A DNA stretch of 62,592 nt from contig JAZRXB010000296.1 of the NCBI GenBank assembly GCA_045600005.1, positions 1 to 62,592 of the forward strand, in the 5' to 3' direction. This document shows, piece by piece, positions 53,674 through 62,592 of this stretch. This DNA comes from Eubacteriales bacterium. GTDB lineage: Bacteria; Bacillota; Clostridia; Oscillospirales; CAG-272. Below the pieces are notes generated by a model, which did not search any database, had not been told where the DNA came from, and saw only the letters and a list, made by a program, of their open reading frames with translations. How positions within the stretch are numbered: position 1 is the first letter of the stretch; each line of letters begins with the position of its first letter. A program made the translations under genes and the position numbers.

Positions 53674-55086
53674 ATGGTATTTTCAAGTCTTGAGTTCCTG
53701 TTCCTGTTTCTGACGGTCACGCTGGCGGTCTACTTTCTGGTCCCGCTCCGCGCGCGCAACATCGTTCTGCTGATCGTCAGCCTGATCTTCTACGGCTGGG
53801 GCGAACCGGTCTATGTGTTCCTCATGATGTTCACGATCACGGTCGACTACGTGTTCGGACGGCTCGTCGAGGTGAATCTGGCAAAGAACGACCGAAAACG
53901 CGCAAAGACGATGATGATCCTGAGTATCGTCATCAATCTGGCGATCCTCGGCTTCTTCAAATATTATGATTTCTTCGTGTCCAATCTGCGGCTGATCCCG
54001 GGACTGTCCGGACTGCCGTTACTCGGTCTGGAGCTGCCCATCGGCATCTCCTTCTACACGTTCCAGGCGCTCTCCTATGTCATCGACGTATACCGCGGCG
54101 ACACAGGGGCGCAGCACAGCGTCGCGGCGTTCGGCGCTTACGTCACGCTGTATCCGCAGCTGATCGCCGGTCCGATCGTCCGCTACAAGGACGTGGACGA
54201 CCAGCTGGCGGTGAGAGAACACTCTCTGCCGCGCTTTGCCGCCGGTACGCGCATTTTCGTCGCCGGTATGGGCAAGAAGGTGCTGCTTGCGAACATGGCG
54301 GGGCAGCTGTGGGAGTATTTCAAAGCCGCGCCGCTGACCGAACGGACGGTGCTGGGCGGCTGGATGGGCATGATCTGCTACGCCTTCCAGATCTATTTTG
54401 ACTTCTCCGGCTACTCGGACATGGCGATCGGGCTTGGCAAAATGATCGGGTTCGATTTCCTCGAAAACTTCAATTATCCTTATATTTCAAAGAGCATCAC
54501 CGAGTTCTGGCGCAGATGGCATATTTCGCTGGGCACATGGTTCCGCGAGTACGTCTATATTCCGCTCGGCGGCAACCGCTGTTCCAGAGCAAAGCAGCTG
54601 CGTAACATCTTTGTCGTCTGGTTCTTGACCGGCTTCTGGCACGGCGCGAGCTGGAACTACATTCTGTGGGGACTCTACTATTTCGTACTGCTGATGATCG
54701 AGAAGACCTTCCTGCTCGAAAAGCTCAAAAAAGCGCCCGTGTTTGTATCGCGGTTCTACACGCTGTTCTTCGTGCTGTTCGGCTGGCTGCTGTTCGTGTT
54801 CGAGGATCTGTCTGCGGGCATGGTGTGGCTGGGCAATATGTTCGGCGTCGGCGTGTGCGGCTTTGCGAGCGGGCTGGACGTTTACAACCTCGTGCGCAAC
54901 CTGATCTTCTTCGTCATTCTCGGCGTCGCGTCCACGCCGCTCCCGAAGAAGCTGTGGAGCGCGTTCTGCGAAAAATTCCGTGCTGCGCAGTATGTCAGAG
55001 CCTTCGGCACGACCGCTCTGCTGCTCGTCTGCATGGCGTATCTCGTGGATTCCTCGTTCAATCCGTTCTTATATTTCCGTTTCTGA
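53674..55086 (+). CDS. MBOAT-family membrane O-acyltransferase (AlgI/DltB-like)
   Basis: Polytopic membrane protein with WRRWHISLGTWFREYVYIPLGGNR and the FLTGFWHGASW catalytic-His region. Confidence 0.92.
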   Translation: MVFSSLEFLFLFLTVTLAVYFLVPLRARNIVLLIVSLIFYGWGEPVYVFLMMFTITVDYVFGRLVEVNLAKNDRKRAKTMMILSIVINLAILGFFKYYDFFVSNLRLIPGLSGLPLLGLELPIGISFYTFQALSYVIDVYRGDTGAQHSVAAFGAYVTLYPQLIAGPIVRYKDVDDQLAVREHSLPRFAAGTRIFVAGMGKKVLLANMAGQLWEYFKAAPLTERTVLGGWMGMICYAFQIYFDFSGYSDMAIGLGKMIGFDFLENFNYPYISKSITEFWRRWHISLGTWFREYVYIPLGGNRCSRAKQLRNIFVVWFLTGFWHGASWNYILWGLYYFVLLMIEKTFLLEKLKKAPVFVSRFYTLFFVLFGWLLFVFEDLSAGMVWLGNMFGVGVCGFASGLDVYNLVRNLIFFVILGVASTPLPKKLWSAFCEKFRAAQYVRAFGTTALLLVCMAYLVDSSFNPFLYFRF

Positions 55087-55105
55087 GAGGGGGAGCTGAT
55101 CTATC

Positions 55106-56287
55106 ATGAAAAAGAAATACGATCCCTGCGATCTCATCACGACAGCCGGACTTCTTATCGTGATCTTCGGTTTCTCGCTCGCCACGTTCCTCACGCCGGA
55201 CGTCGGCTTCTCGGAGGACGAGAACCGGATGCTCCAGCAGAAGCCGAAATTCTCCCTCACCGCGCTTGCCGACGGCAGCTTCACAAAGCAGATCGCCGAC
55301 TACTGTTCCGACCAGATCCCGCTGCGCGGACTGTTCGTCGGGACGAAATCGGTGATGGAGCTTGCCTTGCAGAAGCAGGAGAACGACGACGTGCTGCTCG
55401 GAAAGAACGGCGTCATCGCGGCAAAGGACGATTATCCCGACTACGCGCAGATCGACAAGAACCTCAAGGCGGTCAACCGCTTCGCCGGTGCGCTGGGCGA
55501 TGATATCACGTTCGACATTGCGATCGCCGGGCGTGTACAGGACGTGCTGGCAGAGAGCCTCCCGGCGCTCTATCCGGCAAAGGAAGTGACGAAAAAGACC
55601 TTCTCGTATGTTTATGAGAAGCTGGACGGTCCCCGCTGCATCGAGCTGCTGGAACCGCTGAAAGCACGTGCGGACGCGGGCGAGTACGTCTACTACCGCA
55701 CCGATCATCACTGCACGACGCTCGGCGCGTACTACGCCTATGTCGAGCTGATGAAGGCGTGGGGCATGGAGCCGCATCCGCTCGATTATTTCACGGTCGA
55801 GACGGCGAGTACGGAGTTTTACGGCACCACATGGTCGAAAGCCGGGATGCGCTGGACCGAGCCGGACACGATCGAGCTGTTCCGTTATCCGGGCGACTCC
55901 GAGCTGCTCTGCGAGATGCCGTATAAGGACTCCGTTCCGGACATGGACGGGTTATACGACCGCTCGTATCTGTCGGTCAAGGACAAGTACAGCGTCTTTA
56001 TCAGCGGCAACAACGCGCTGACCGAGATCTATCCCGCAAAGGGAAGCCCGCTTGACACGGGAAAGCGGGAAAAGCTCGTCCTCATCAAGGACAGCTTCGG
56101 GCATTCGCTCGCGCCCTTCCTCGCCGCGCACTTCGATCTTGAAATCATCGACCTGCGGTATTTCCGCACGACGCCGACGATCGACTTCGTGAAGGAGACC
56201 GGCGCAAAGCGGGTGCTGATCCTCTGCAACATGGACAGCATAGTCAATTCGGATTCGCTGGTCTTACTGAATCTCGGGATCAAATAA
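55106..56287 (+). CDS. DHHW-family protein (AlgJ/AlgX-like SGNH partner of MBOAT)
   Basis: N-terminal TM anchor, YYRTDHHCT (a DHHW-motif variant) and KDSFGHSL. Confidence 0.8.
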   Translation: MKKKYDPCDLITTAGLLIVIFGFSLATFLTPDVGFSEDENRMLQQKPKFSLTALADGSFTKQIADYCSDQIPLRGLFVGTKSVMELALQKQENDDVLLGKNGVIAAKDDYPDYAQIDKNLKAVNRFAGALGDDITFDIAIAGRVQDVLAESLPALYPAKEVTKKTFSYVYEKLDGPRCIELLEPLKARADAGEYVYYRTDHHCTTLGAYYAYVELMKAWGMEPHPLDYFTVETASTEFYGTTWSKAGMRWTEPDTIELFRYPGDSELLCEMPYKDSVPDMDGLYDRSYLSVKDKYSVFISGNNALTEIYPAKGSPLDTGKREKLVLIKDSFGHSLAPFLAAHFDLEIIDLRYFRTTPTIDFVKETGAKRVLILCNMDSIVNSDSLVLLNLGIK

Positions 56288-56293
56288 CGAAAA

Positions 56294-56330
56294 ACGAAGG
56301 GTCCTGCCGTGCGGCAGGATCCTTCGTTTT
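56294..56330. terminator. bidirectional intrinsic terminator
   Basis: Stem ACGAAGGGTCCTGCC / GGCAGGATCCTTCGT (one G-T pair), flanked by an A-run and a T-run, between convergent genes. Confidence 0.85.
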
Positions 56331-56347
56331 CTGTATGTGAAGTCCGA

Positions 56348-57205
56348 TCAGACTCCGGAGTAAGCTGCGAAGCCGCCGTCTACCGGAACGACTACGCCGT
56401 TGACGAAGCCGGAAGCGTTGTTGTCGACCAGCCACAGCAGCGTGCCGATGAGGTCGTCGGTAACGCCGAAGCGGTTCATCGGGGTGTGACCGAGGATCTT
56501 CTGAGAACGTGCGGTGTAAGTGCCGTCGGGGTTGATCAGAAGGTCATGGTTCTGGTTGGTGAGGAAGAAGCCGGGAGCCATCGCGTTGACACGGATGCCG
56601 ACCTTTGCAAAGTGGACGGCGAGCCACTGGGTGAAGTTGGAGACAGCCGCCTTTGCGCCGGAGTAAGCCGGGATTCTGGTGAGCGGACGGAAAGCGTTCA
56701 TCGAGGAGATGTTCAGGATGACCGCGTCGCCCTTCTTCGCCATATCCTGTGCGAAGACCTGCGTCGGAAGAAGCGTGCCGAGGAAGTTGAGGTTGAAGAC
56801 GAATTCGATTCCGGCGGGATCGAGGTCGAAGAAGGTCTTGATGCCTTCGGCGGTGCCTTCGAGGTCTTCGGGATCGAGGGTGTCCTTCGAGGTCGTGCCC
56901 TTCGGATTGTTGCCGCCCGCGCCGTTGAGCAGGATGTCGATCGTGCCGAACTTTTCGAGGATGGTTTCGCGAGCCGCTTCAAGGCTTGCCTTGTCGAGGA
57001 CGTTCGCGCCGACTGCGACAGCGGTGCCGCCGTCAGCGGTGATCTCGTCGACGACCTTCTGTGCGGCGTCGACTCTCAGGTCGCAGACTGCGACCTTCGC
57101 GCCGCTGGCTGCCAGCGCTTTGGCAAATTCGGAGCAGAGAACGCCGCCGCCGCCCGTGACGAGCGCGACTTTACCGCCAAGATCGATCTTGAAAGGAAGT
57201 TTCAT
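56348..57205 (-). CDS. SDR-family oxidoreductase (mannonate/gluconate-dehydrogenase-like subgroup)
   Basis: GKVALVTGGGGVLC Rossmann motif, NGAGGN, and catalytic YSGAKAAV. Confidence 0.88.
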   Translation of the reverse strand: MKLPFKIDLGGKVALVTGGGGVLCSEFAKALAASGAKVAVCDLRVDAAQKVVDEITADGGTAVAVGANVLDKASLEAARETILEKFGTIDILLNGAGGNNPKGTTSKDTLDPEDLEGTAEGIKTFFDLDPAGIEFVFNLNFLGTLLPTQVFAQDMAKKGDAVILNISSMNAFRPLTRIPAYSGAKAAVSNFTQWLAVHFAKVGIRVNAMAPGFFLTNQNHDLLINPDGTYTARSQKILGHTPMNRFGVTDDLIGTLLWLVDNNASGFVNGVVVPVDGGFAAYSGV

Positions 57206-57262
57206 GATAAATATCTCCTTTGATATATAAATTGTTCTGTATGAGAGGGTCTGCCGCGCCGG

Positions 57263-57634
57263 TCAGTCGTCGACCGGATAGGCGATGGTGGTCATCAGCG
57301 CAAGCTCCGGCTGCGCGGTGTCAAGCCGGCTGTACTGAACGACGATGGGAGTGTTCGATTCGACCAGCATGGCGTAGGGAACGCCGAGCGGGATGCCTTC
57401 GCCTTCCGCGTTTTTCAGCTTGTCCATGCGGATGTGGTGCGTGCGCATGGAAGGACAGGAGGACGAGAAGGAGGTGTCGGCACCGCGGTCTTCAAAGAAG
57501 AGCGTGAGTTTGATTTCAGCCGTCACTTCGGAGGTGTTGATGACGCAGATCGCTTCGTGGCTGACCTGACGGTTCGAGACCGGGTCGAGGAAGCAGTCGG
57601 GAATGAGCCATGTTTTCCTGCCGTAGGTTTTCAT
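57263..57634 (-). CDS. ASRT-family protein (homolog of the Anabaena sensory rhodopsin transducer)
   Basis: SHEAICVINTSEVTAEIKLTLFFED and TPIVVQYSRLDTAQPELALMTTIAY align with my recollection of ASRT (SHETVCILNAGDEDAHVEITIYY; VPIVVQHTRLDSRQAENALLSTIAY). Confidence 0.8.
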   Translation of the reverse strand: MKTYGRKTWLIPDCFLDPVSNRQVSHEAICVINTSEVTAEIKLTLFFEDRGADTSFSSSCPSMRTHHIRMDKLKNAEGEGIPLGVPYAMLVESNTPIVVQYSRLDTAQPELALMTTIAYPVDD

Positions 57635-57782
57635 TGGGATCAGTCTCCTTTTCGGTTATTCTATCTTCTATTGTACCTCAGTACGGAGGAAAAGAAAAGA
57701 GGAACCGGCAAAATTTATTGAAAATTTAACCGAAATATAGGAATACGCCCCCAAAACGCCAAAGATTCAGCTTTTGAAGCAA

Positions 57783-57812
57783 ACGTTCCCCCGGCTTTTG
57801 CCGGGGGAACGT
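57783..57812 (-). terminator. intrinsic terminator after glmS
   Basis: 13-bp stem ACGTTCCCCCGGC / GCCGGGGGAACGT. On the minus strand it is followed by TTGCTTC. Confidence 0.75.
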
Positions 57813-57834
57813 CCGTGGTTATGAAGGACCGGGA

Positions 57835-59664
<1,830 letters not shown>

Positions 59665-59670
59665 AAATGA

Positions 59671-59689
59671 TCCTTTCATCCCGAAAGGA
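59671..59689 (-). promoter_or_regulatory. hairpin that pairs the glmS Shine-Dalgarno sequence
   Basis: Minus-strand RNA reads UCCUUUC-GGGAU-GAAAGGA. The 3' arm GAAAGGA lies 6 nt before the AUG and is the only SD-like sequence. Confidence 0.5.
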
Positions 59690-59869
59690 CGTTTCCGGTG
59701 TGAGCCGCCGATGCAAATGGATCATGGCATGATCTGTATTCTGCGAACCGCGGCTCCTTTCCGAAGTCCGTTCGGAGGAACGCGGCGCGCGGTCCGCAGG
59801 TGTGCGTCCTGCGTGCCGCGTCTGCCGGAGAGTACCGGCATATTATATAATGTAACTTTCAGATTTGTT

Positions 59870-60030
59870 TATCCGCCGCTTTGTCCCCGGAATTGCTTCC
59901 GGGCTTTGTCTGCGGACTGACGACGAAGCGGACGCTCCGCCGGAAAAATATCCGCCGATAGGGGAAGGCTTTTCCCCTGCTTCGATGATTTTTCTCCTCG
60001 TCAACCGTCGGATGACGGTTCAGGCGCTTT
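59870..60030 (-). promoter_or_regulatory. glmS ribozyme (GlcN6P-responsive)
   Basis: The minus strand reads A/GCGCC-UGAACCGUCAUCCGACGGUU-GACGAGGAG...AUCGAAG...UAUCGGCGGAUA...CCGG, followed by a P4-like CCGC..CCCGGAAGCAAUUCCGGG..GCGG. It matches the AGCGCC cleavage site, GACGAGG, UCGAA and CGGCGGAU core motifs as I remember them. Confidence 0.8.
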
Positions 60031-60057
60031 TGAGGTGCTGTCACTCGGACAGACGGA

Positions 60058-61419
60058 TCACTGAGCGTAAGTAGAAAGCTGCTTCTTGATCTTCGCCGCG
60101 GTGTCTTCGGCGATCTTCTCGATAAAAGCGGAGTCGTCGCCTTCCGCCATGACGCGGACGAGCGGTTCGGTTCCGGAGGGACGCGCGATGAGACGTCCGC
60201 CGTTTCCGATGGTCTGCTTGGCTTCTTCGAGGATCCCCTTTATCTCGTAGTCGGTGTAGAACGCGAGCTTTTCTTCCTTTGTGACCTTCAGGTTGATGAT
60301 GAACTGGGGGTAACGGGTCATGACCGATGCGGCGTCCGAGAGCTTTTCGCCGGTGCGCTTGAGCTGAGACAGAAGCTGAACTGCCGTGAGCTGACCGTCG
60401 CCGGTGGTGGAGAAGTCGCGGAAAATGATGTGACCGGACTGTTCGCCGCCGAGATAGTAGTCTTCGAGCAGCATCTCTTCGAGGACGTAGCGGTCGCCGA
60501 CCTTGGTCGCCTCAAAGTGGATGCCGTTGTCCTTGCAGAACTTCGTGAAGCCGAAGTTGGTCATGATCGTGCCGACTACGGTGTTGTTGATCAGCTTGCC
60601 GCGGGATTTCATATCGAGCGCAGTGATCGCCATGATCATGTCGCCGTCCACGTCGCGTCCCTTGTCATCCACGCACAGGCAGCGATCCGCGTCGCCGTCG
60701 AATGCGACGCCCGCGTCGAGCGAATGCTCCAGCACGTATTTGCGCAGACTGTCGAGATGCGTCGAGCCGCAGTTGTCGTTGATGTTGACGCCGTCGGGAG
60801 AAGCGGAGAGAATGTGACAGTTCGCACCGAGTGCTTCAAACAGGAGCTTTGCCGTGCGGCTGGCAGAACCGTTCGCACAGTCGACCGCGATGTTCAGGCC
60901 GTCCAGTGAGCAGATGGCACTCGAACGGATGTGGTCGATGTAATCCTTGACGGCGTGCTCCGCGATCGTGACGCTTCCGATGTTTTCGGGTCTGGCGAGA
61001 CGCGGCGCGGGTGTTCCGTCCAGCACGATGGATTCGATGCGTTCTTCCAGCTCGTCTTCGAGCTTGTAGCCGTCTTCGTTGAAGATCTTGATGCCGTTGA
61101 AGTCGTAGGGGTTGTGCGACGCCGAGATCATGATGCCGGCATGCGCCTTGTACTTGCCGACCAGAAACGCGACCGCAGGCGTGGGGATGACGCCGAGATT
61201 GATGACGTCCGCTCCGACCGAACAGAGACCGGCGGAGAGAGCGCAGGCAAGCATCTGCGACGAAATGCGGGTGTCCATGCCGACCAGTACGGTGGGGAGG
61301 TAACGCCGTCCGCTGGACAGGACCTCTGCCGCTGCGCGGCCGATCTGCATGGCGCGTTCACAGGTCAGTTCGGTGTTCGCTATGCCGCGCACACCGTCAG
61401 TGCCGAATAATCTTCCCAT
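60058..61419 (-). CDS. glmM: phosphoglucosamine mutase
   Basis: LFGTDGVRG N-terminus and active-site ISASHNPYDFNGIK. Confidence 0.96.
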   Translation of the reverse strand: MGRLFGTDGVRGIANTELTCERAMQIGRAAAEVLSSGRRYLPTVLVGMDTRISSQMLACALSAGLCSVGADVINLGVIPTPAVAFLVGKYKAHAGIMISASHNPYDFNGIKIFNEDGYKLEDELEERIESIVLDGTPAPRLARPENIGSVTIAEHAVKDYIDHIRSSAICSLDGLNIAVDCANGSASRTAKLLFEALGANCHILSASPDGVNINDNCGSTHLDSLRKYVLEHSLDAGVAFDGDADRCLCVDDKGRDVDGDMIMAITALDMKSRGKLINNTVVGTIMTNFGFTKFCKDNGIHFEATKVGDRYVLEEMLLEDYYLGGEQSGHIIFRDFSTTGDGQLTAVQLLSQLKRTGEKLSDAASVMTRYPQFIINLKVTKEEKLAFYTDYEIKGILEEAKQTIGNGGRLIARPSGTEPLVRVMAEGDDSAFIEKIAEDTAAKIKKQLSTYAQ

Positions 61420-61438
61420 AGATAATGTAATGTTCCTT

Positions 61439-62107
61439 TCATTGTTTCGGTACGATATTGTCCGGGGCTTTGAAGATGGAATGCGGAGGGATAACGCCGC
61501 GCACGCGGGAAAGAGGGTAGACGTTGGTGTCCGGTCCGATGACAGAACCGGGGCAGAGAACGCTGTTGCATCCGACCTCTACGTTGTCGCCGAGAATGGC
61601 GCCGAACTTTTTGAGTCCGGTCTCAATGACGGGATCGGTCCTGACGGTGACGAGGGTCTTGTCGCTCTTGACGTTGGAGGTGACGGCTCCCGCTCCCATG
61701 TGGGATTTGTAGCCGAGAATCGAATCGCCGACGTAGTTGAAATGGGGGACCTGTACCCTGTCGAACAGGATACAGTTCTTCAGTTCGCAGGAATTGCCGA
61801 CGACCGCGCCCTTGCCGACAACGGCGGAACCGCGGATGTAGGCACAGTGACGTATCTCGGCTTCTTCGTCGATGATGCAGGGCGAACCGATGAAGGCGGT
61901 CGGCGCAACTTTTGCACTGCGTGCGATCCAGATGTTTTCACCGCGCCGCTCATAGACGGTGGGGTCAAGCGTCGGTCCGAGCTTCAGGATGAAGGCACTG
62001 ATCGAAGCAAAGGACTGCCAGGGATAAGGGAACGAGGCGAGGAAGGCGGATGCAATGGTGTGCGACAGGTCAAAGAGCGCTGATGTGGTGATCTGCTTTT
62101 CTACCAT
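61439..62107 (-). CDS. left-handed beta-helix (hexapeptide-repeat) transferase, GlmU C-terminal-domain-like
   Basis: Hexapeptide repeats (IRGSAVVGKGAVVGNSCELKNCILFDRVQV...VGDSILGYKSHMGAGAV). ATG 62107 follows RBS AAAGGAG. Confidence 0.75.
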   Translation of the reverse strand: MVEKQITTSALFDLSHTIASAFLASFPYPWQSFASISAFILKLGPTLDPTVYERRGENIWIARSAKVAPTAFIGSPCIIDEEAEIRHCAYIRGSAVVGKGAVVGNSCELKNCILFDRVQVPHFNYVGDSILGYKSHMGAGAVTSNVKSDKTLVTVRTDPVIETGLKKFGAILGDNVEVGCNSVLCPGSVIGPDTNVYPLSRVRGVIPPHSIFKAPDNIVPKQ

Positions 62108-62179
62108 AAAAAATAGTTGACTCCTTTCTGCGGCGCTGAGCCGCGTATTATCCGGCTTGAAAGAAAGACCGAACAATAT

Positions 62180-62209
62180 ATTATATCATGGAGCAGGAAA
62201 ATGTGTCAA
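62180..62209 (-). promoter_or_regulatory. sigma-A promoter (TTGACA-18-TATAAT) for the transferase-glmM(-glmS) unit
   Basis: TTGACA is the complement of 62204-62209 and TATAAT is the complement of 62180-62185. Confidence 0.7.
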
Positions 62210-62275
62210 GAAAACAGATGTAACTTATACGTAAAATATGCGGATGAGAAAAATAAGAAAATTTTGAAAAAGGGG

Positions 62276-62304
62276 TTGACAAATGAAACGGAATGTGGTA
62301 TACT
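62276..62304 (+). promoter_or_regulatory. tandem promoter P1 (TTGACA-17-TATACT, extended -10, A/T-rich UP-like region)
   Basis: TTGACA at 62276-62281 and TGG-TATACT at 62299-62304, preceded by AAAATTTTGAAAAAGGGG. Confidence 0.75.
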
Positions 62305-62369
62305 ATATAGGCTTTCAGCGAGCGCCCCAATAGGTTCAAAAAAAGCTGTAAAAACTTTTGTAAAACCCC

Positions 62370-62398
62370 TTGACAAGCGAGCGGGAAAGTGCTATTAT
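62370..62398 (+). promoter_or_regulatory. tandem promoter P2 (TTGACA-17-TATTAT, extended -10)
   Basis: TTGACA at 62370-62375 and TGC-TATTAT at 62393-62398, preceded by AAAAACTTTTGTAAAACCCC. Confidence 0.75.
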
Positions 62399-62481
62399 AA
62401 AAAGGTCGACCGCAGGGGAGACCGCATCGAAGCGAACCGAACAGGAGATTGAAAAAAACCGAAAAAGTTTTGAAAAACCTC

Positions 62482-62510
62482 TTGACAAGCGAGTAAAGAT
62501 GTGATATAAT
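62482..62510 (+). promoter_or_regulatory. tandem promoter P3 (TTGACA-17-TATAAT, extended -10)
   Basis: TTGACA at 62482-62487 and TGA-TATAAT at 62505-62510, preceded by AAAAAGTTTTGAAAAACCTC. The P2 and P3 modules are direct repeats of about 112 bp. Confidence 0.8.
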
Positions 62511-62592
62511 AGAAAAGTCGCAAGCGAGAGCGAGCGGCGAAACAGGAATGGTCCTTGAAAATTGAACAGTAAGAGATTAAGATGAAAGTACA

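Noticed and set aside
59690-59869. I first expected the glmS ribozyme immediately upstream of the glmS start codon.
   Set aside because: This stretch lacks AGCGCC, GACGAGG and the CGGCGGAU core. It has only a partial UCGGCGG. The real motif set lies further upstream at about 59870-60030. The proximal stretch is kept only as an unassigned structured spacer. A TATAAT at about 59843-59848 has no acceptable -35, so no promoter is called.

Overview
This is a 62.6-kb, high-GC chromosomal segment. It reads like a Clostridia-class Firmicute; that is inferred from rny, ymdB, mini-RNase III, an SLH-domain protein, an MBOAT/DHHW pair and near-consensus sigma-A promoters. I call 54 protein genes, including rpmG at 39991-40140 (minus), which is too short for the ORF track. 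I also call two structured RNAs: RNase P RNA at 8393-8766 (minus) and a glmS ribozyme at about 59870-60030 (minus). About 20 near-consensus promoters, about 10 intrinsic terminators and several palindromic or tandem repeats are listed. Gene content is mostly housekeeping: comM/yifB, proA and proB (40 kb apart), cysteine desulfurase, cca, dagK-like kinase, thiI, rny, mrnC, rpmG-secE-nusG-rplK-rplA, ymdB, rarA, U32 protein, dut, recG, maf, an mreB-like gene, glmS and glmM. It also holds conserved operons of unknown function: MoxR-DUF58-transglutaminase, a GlpA-like/FAD oxidoreductase/DUF1667 trio, and MBOAT-DHHW. The window ends in three tandem consensus promoters that probably drive an rRNA operon just beyond the right edge. 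I see no CRISPR array, transposase, integrase, phage gene or recognisable defence gene. The items most worth a second look are: (1) a split HgdC/HgdB-like ATP-driven iron-sulfur module (9044-13469) translationally coupled to cca; (2) a kinase-HD fusion (2192-3112) followed by a strongly promoted pair of proteins I cannot assign (3288-4947); (3) a DnaA-box-like cluster in the 430-bp gap after comM; (4) a mosaic family of perfect A/T-rich hairpins at three intergenic loci, two of which upstream of comM match AAAA-N5-TTTT-N31-AAAA-N5-TTTT geometry; (5) a 63-bp palindromic insert flanked by 11-bp direct repeats; (6) a glmS ribozyme placed 30 nt after the glmM stop and about 205 nt before glmS. All functional calls rest on motif recognition by eye. 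No database search was run.
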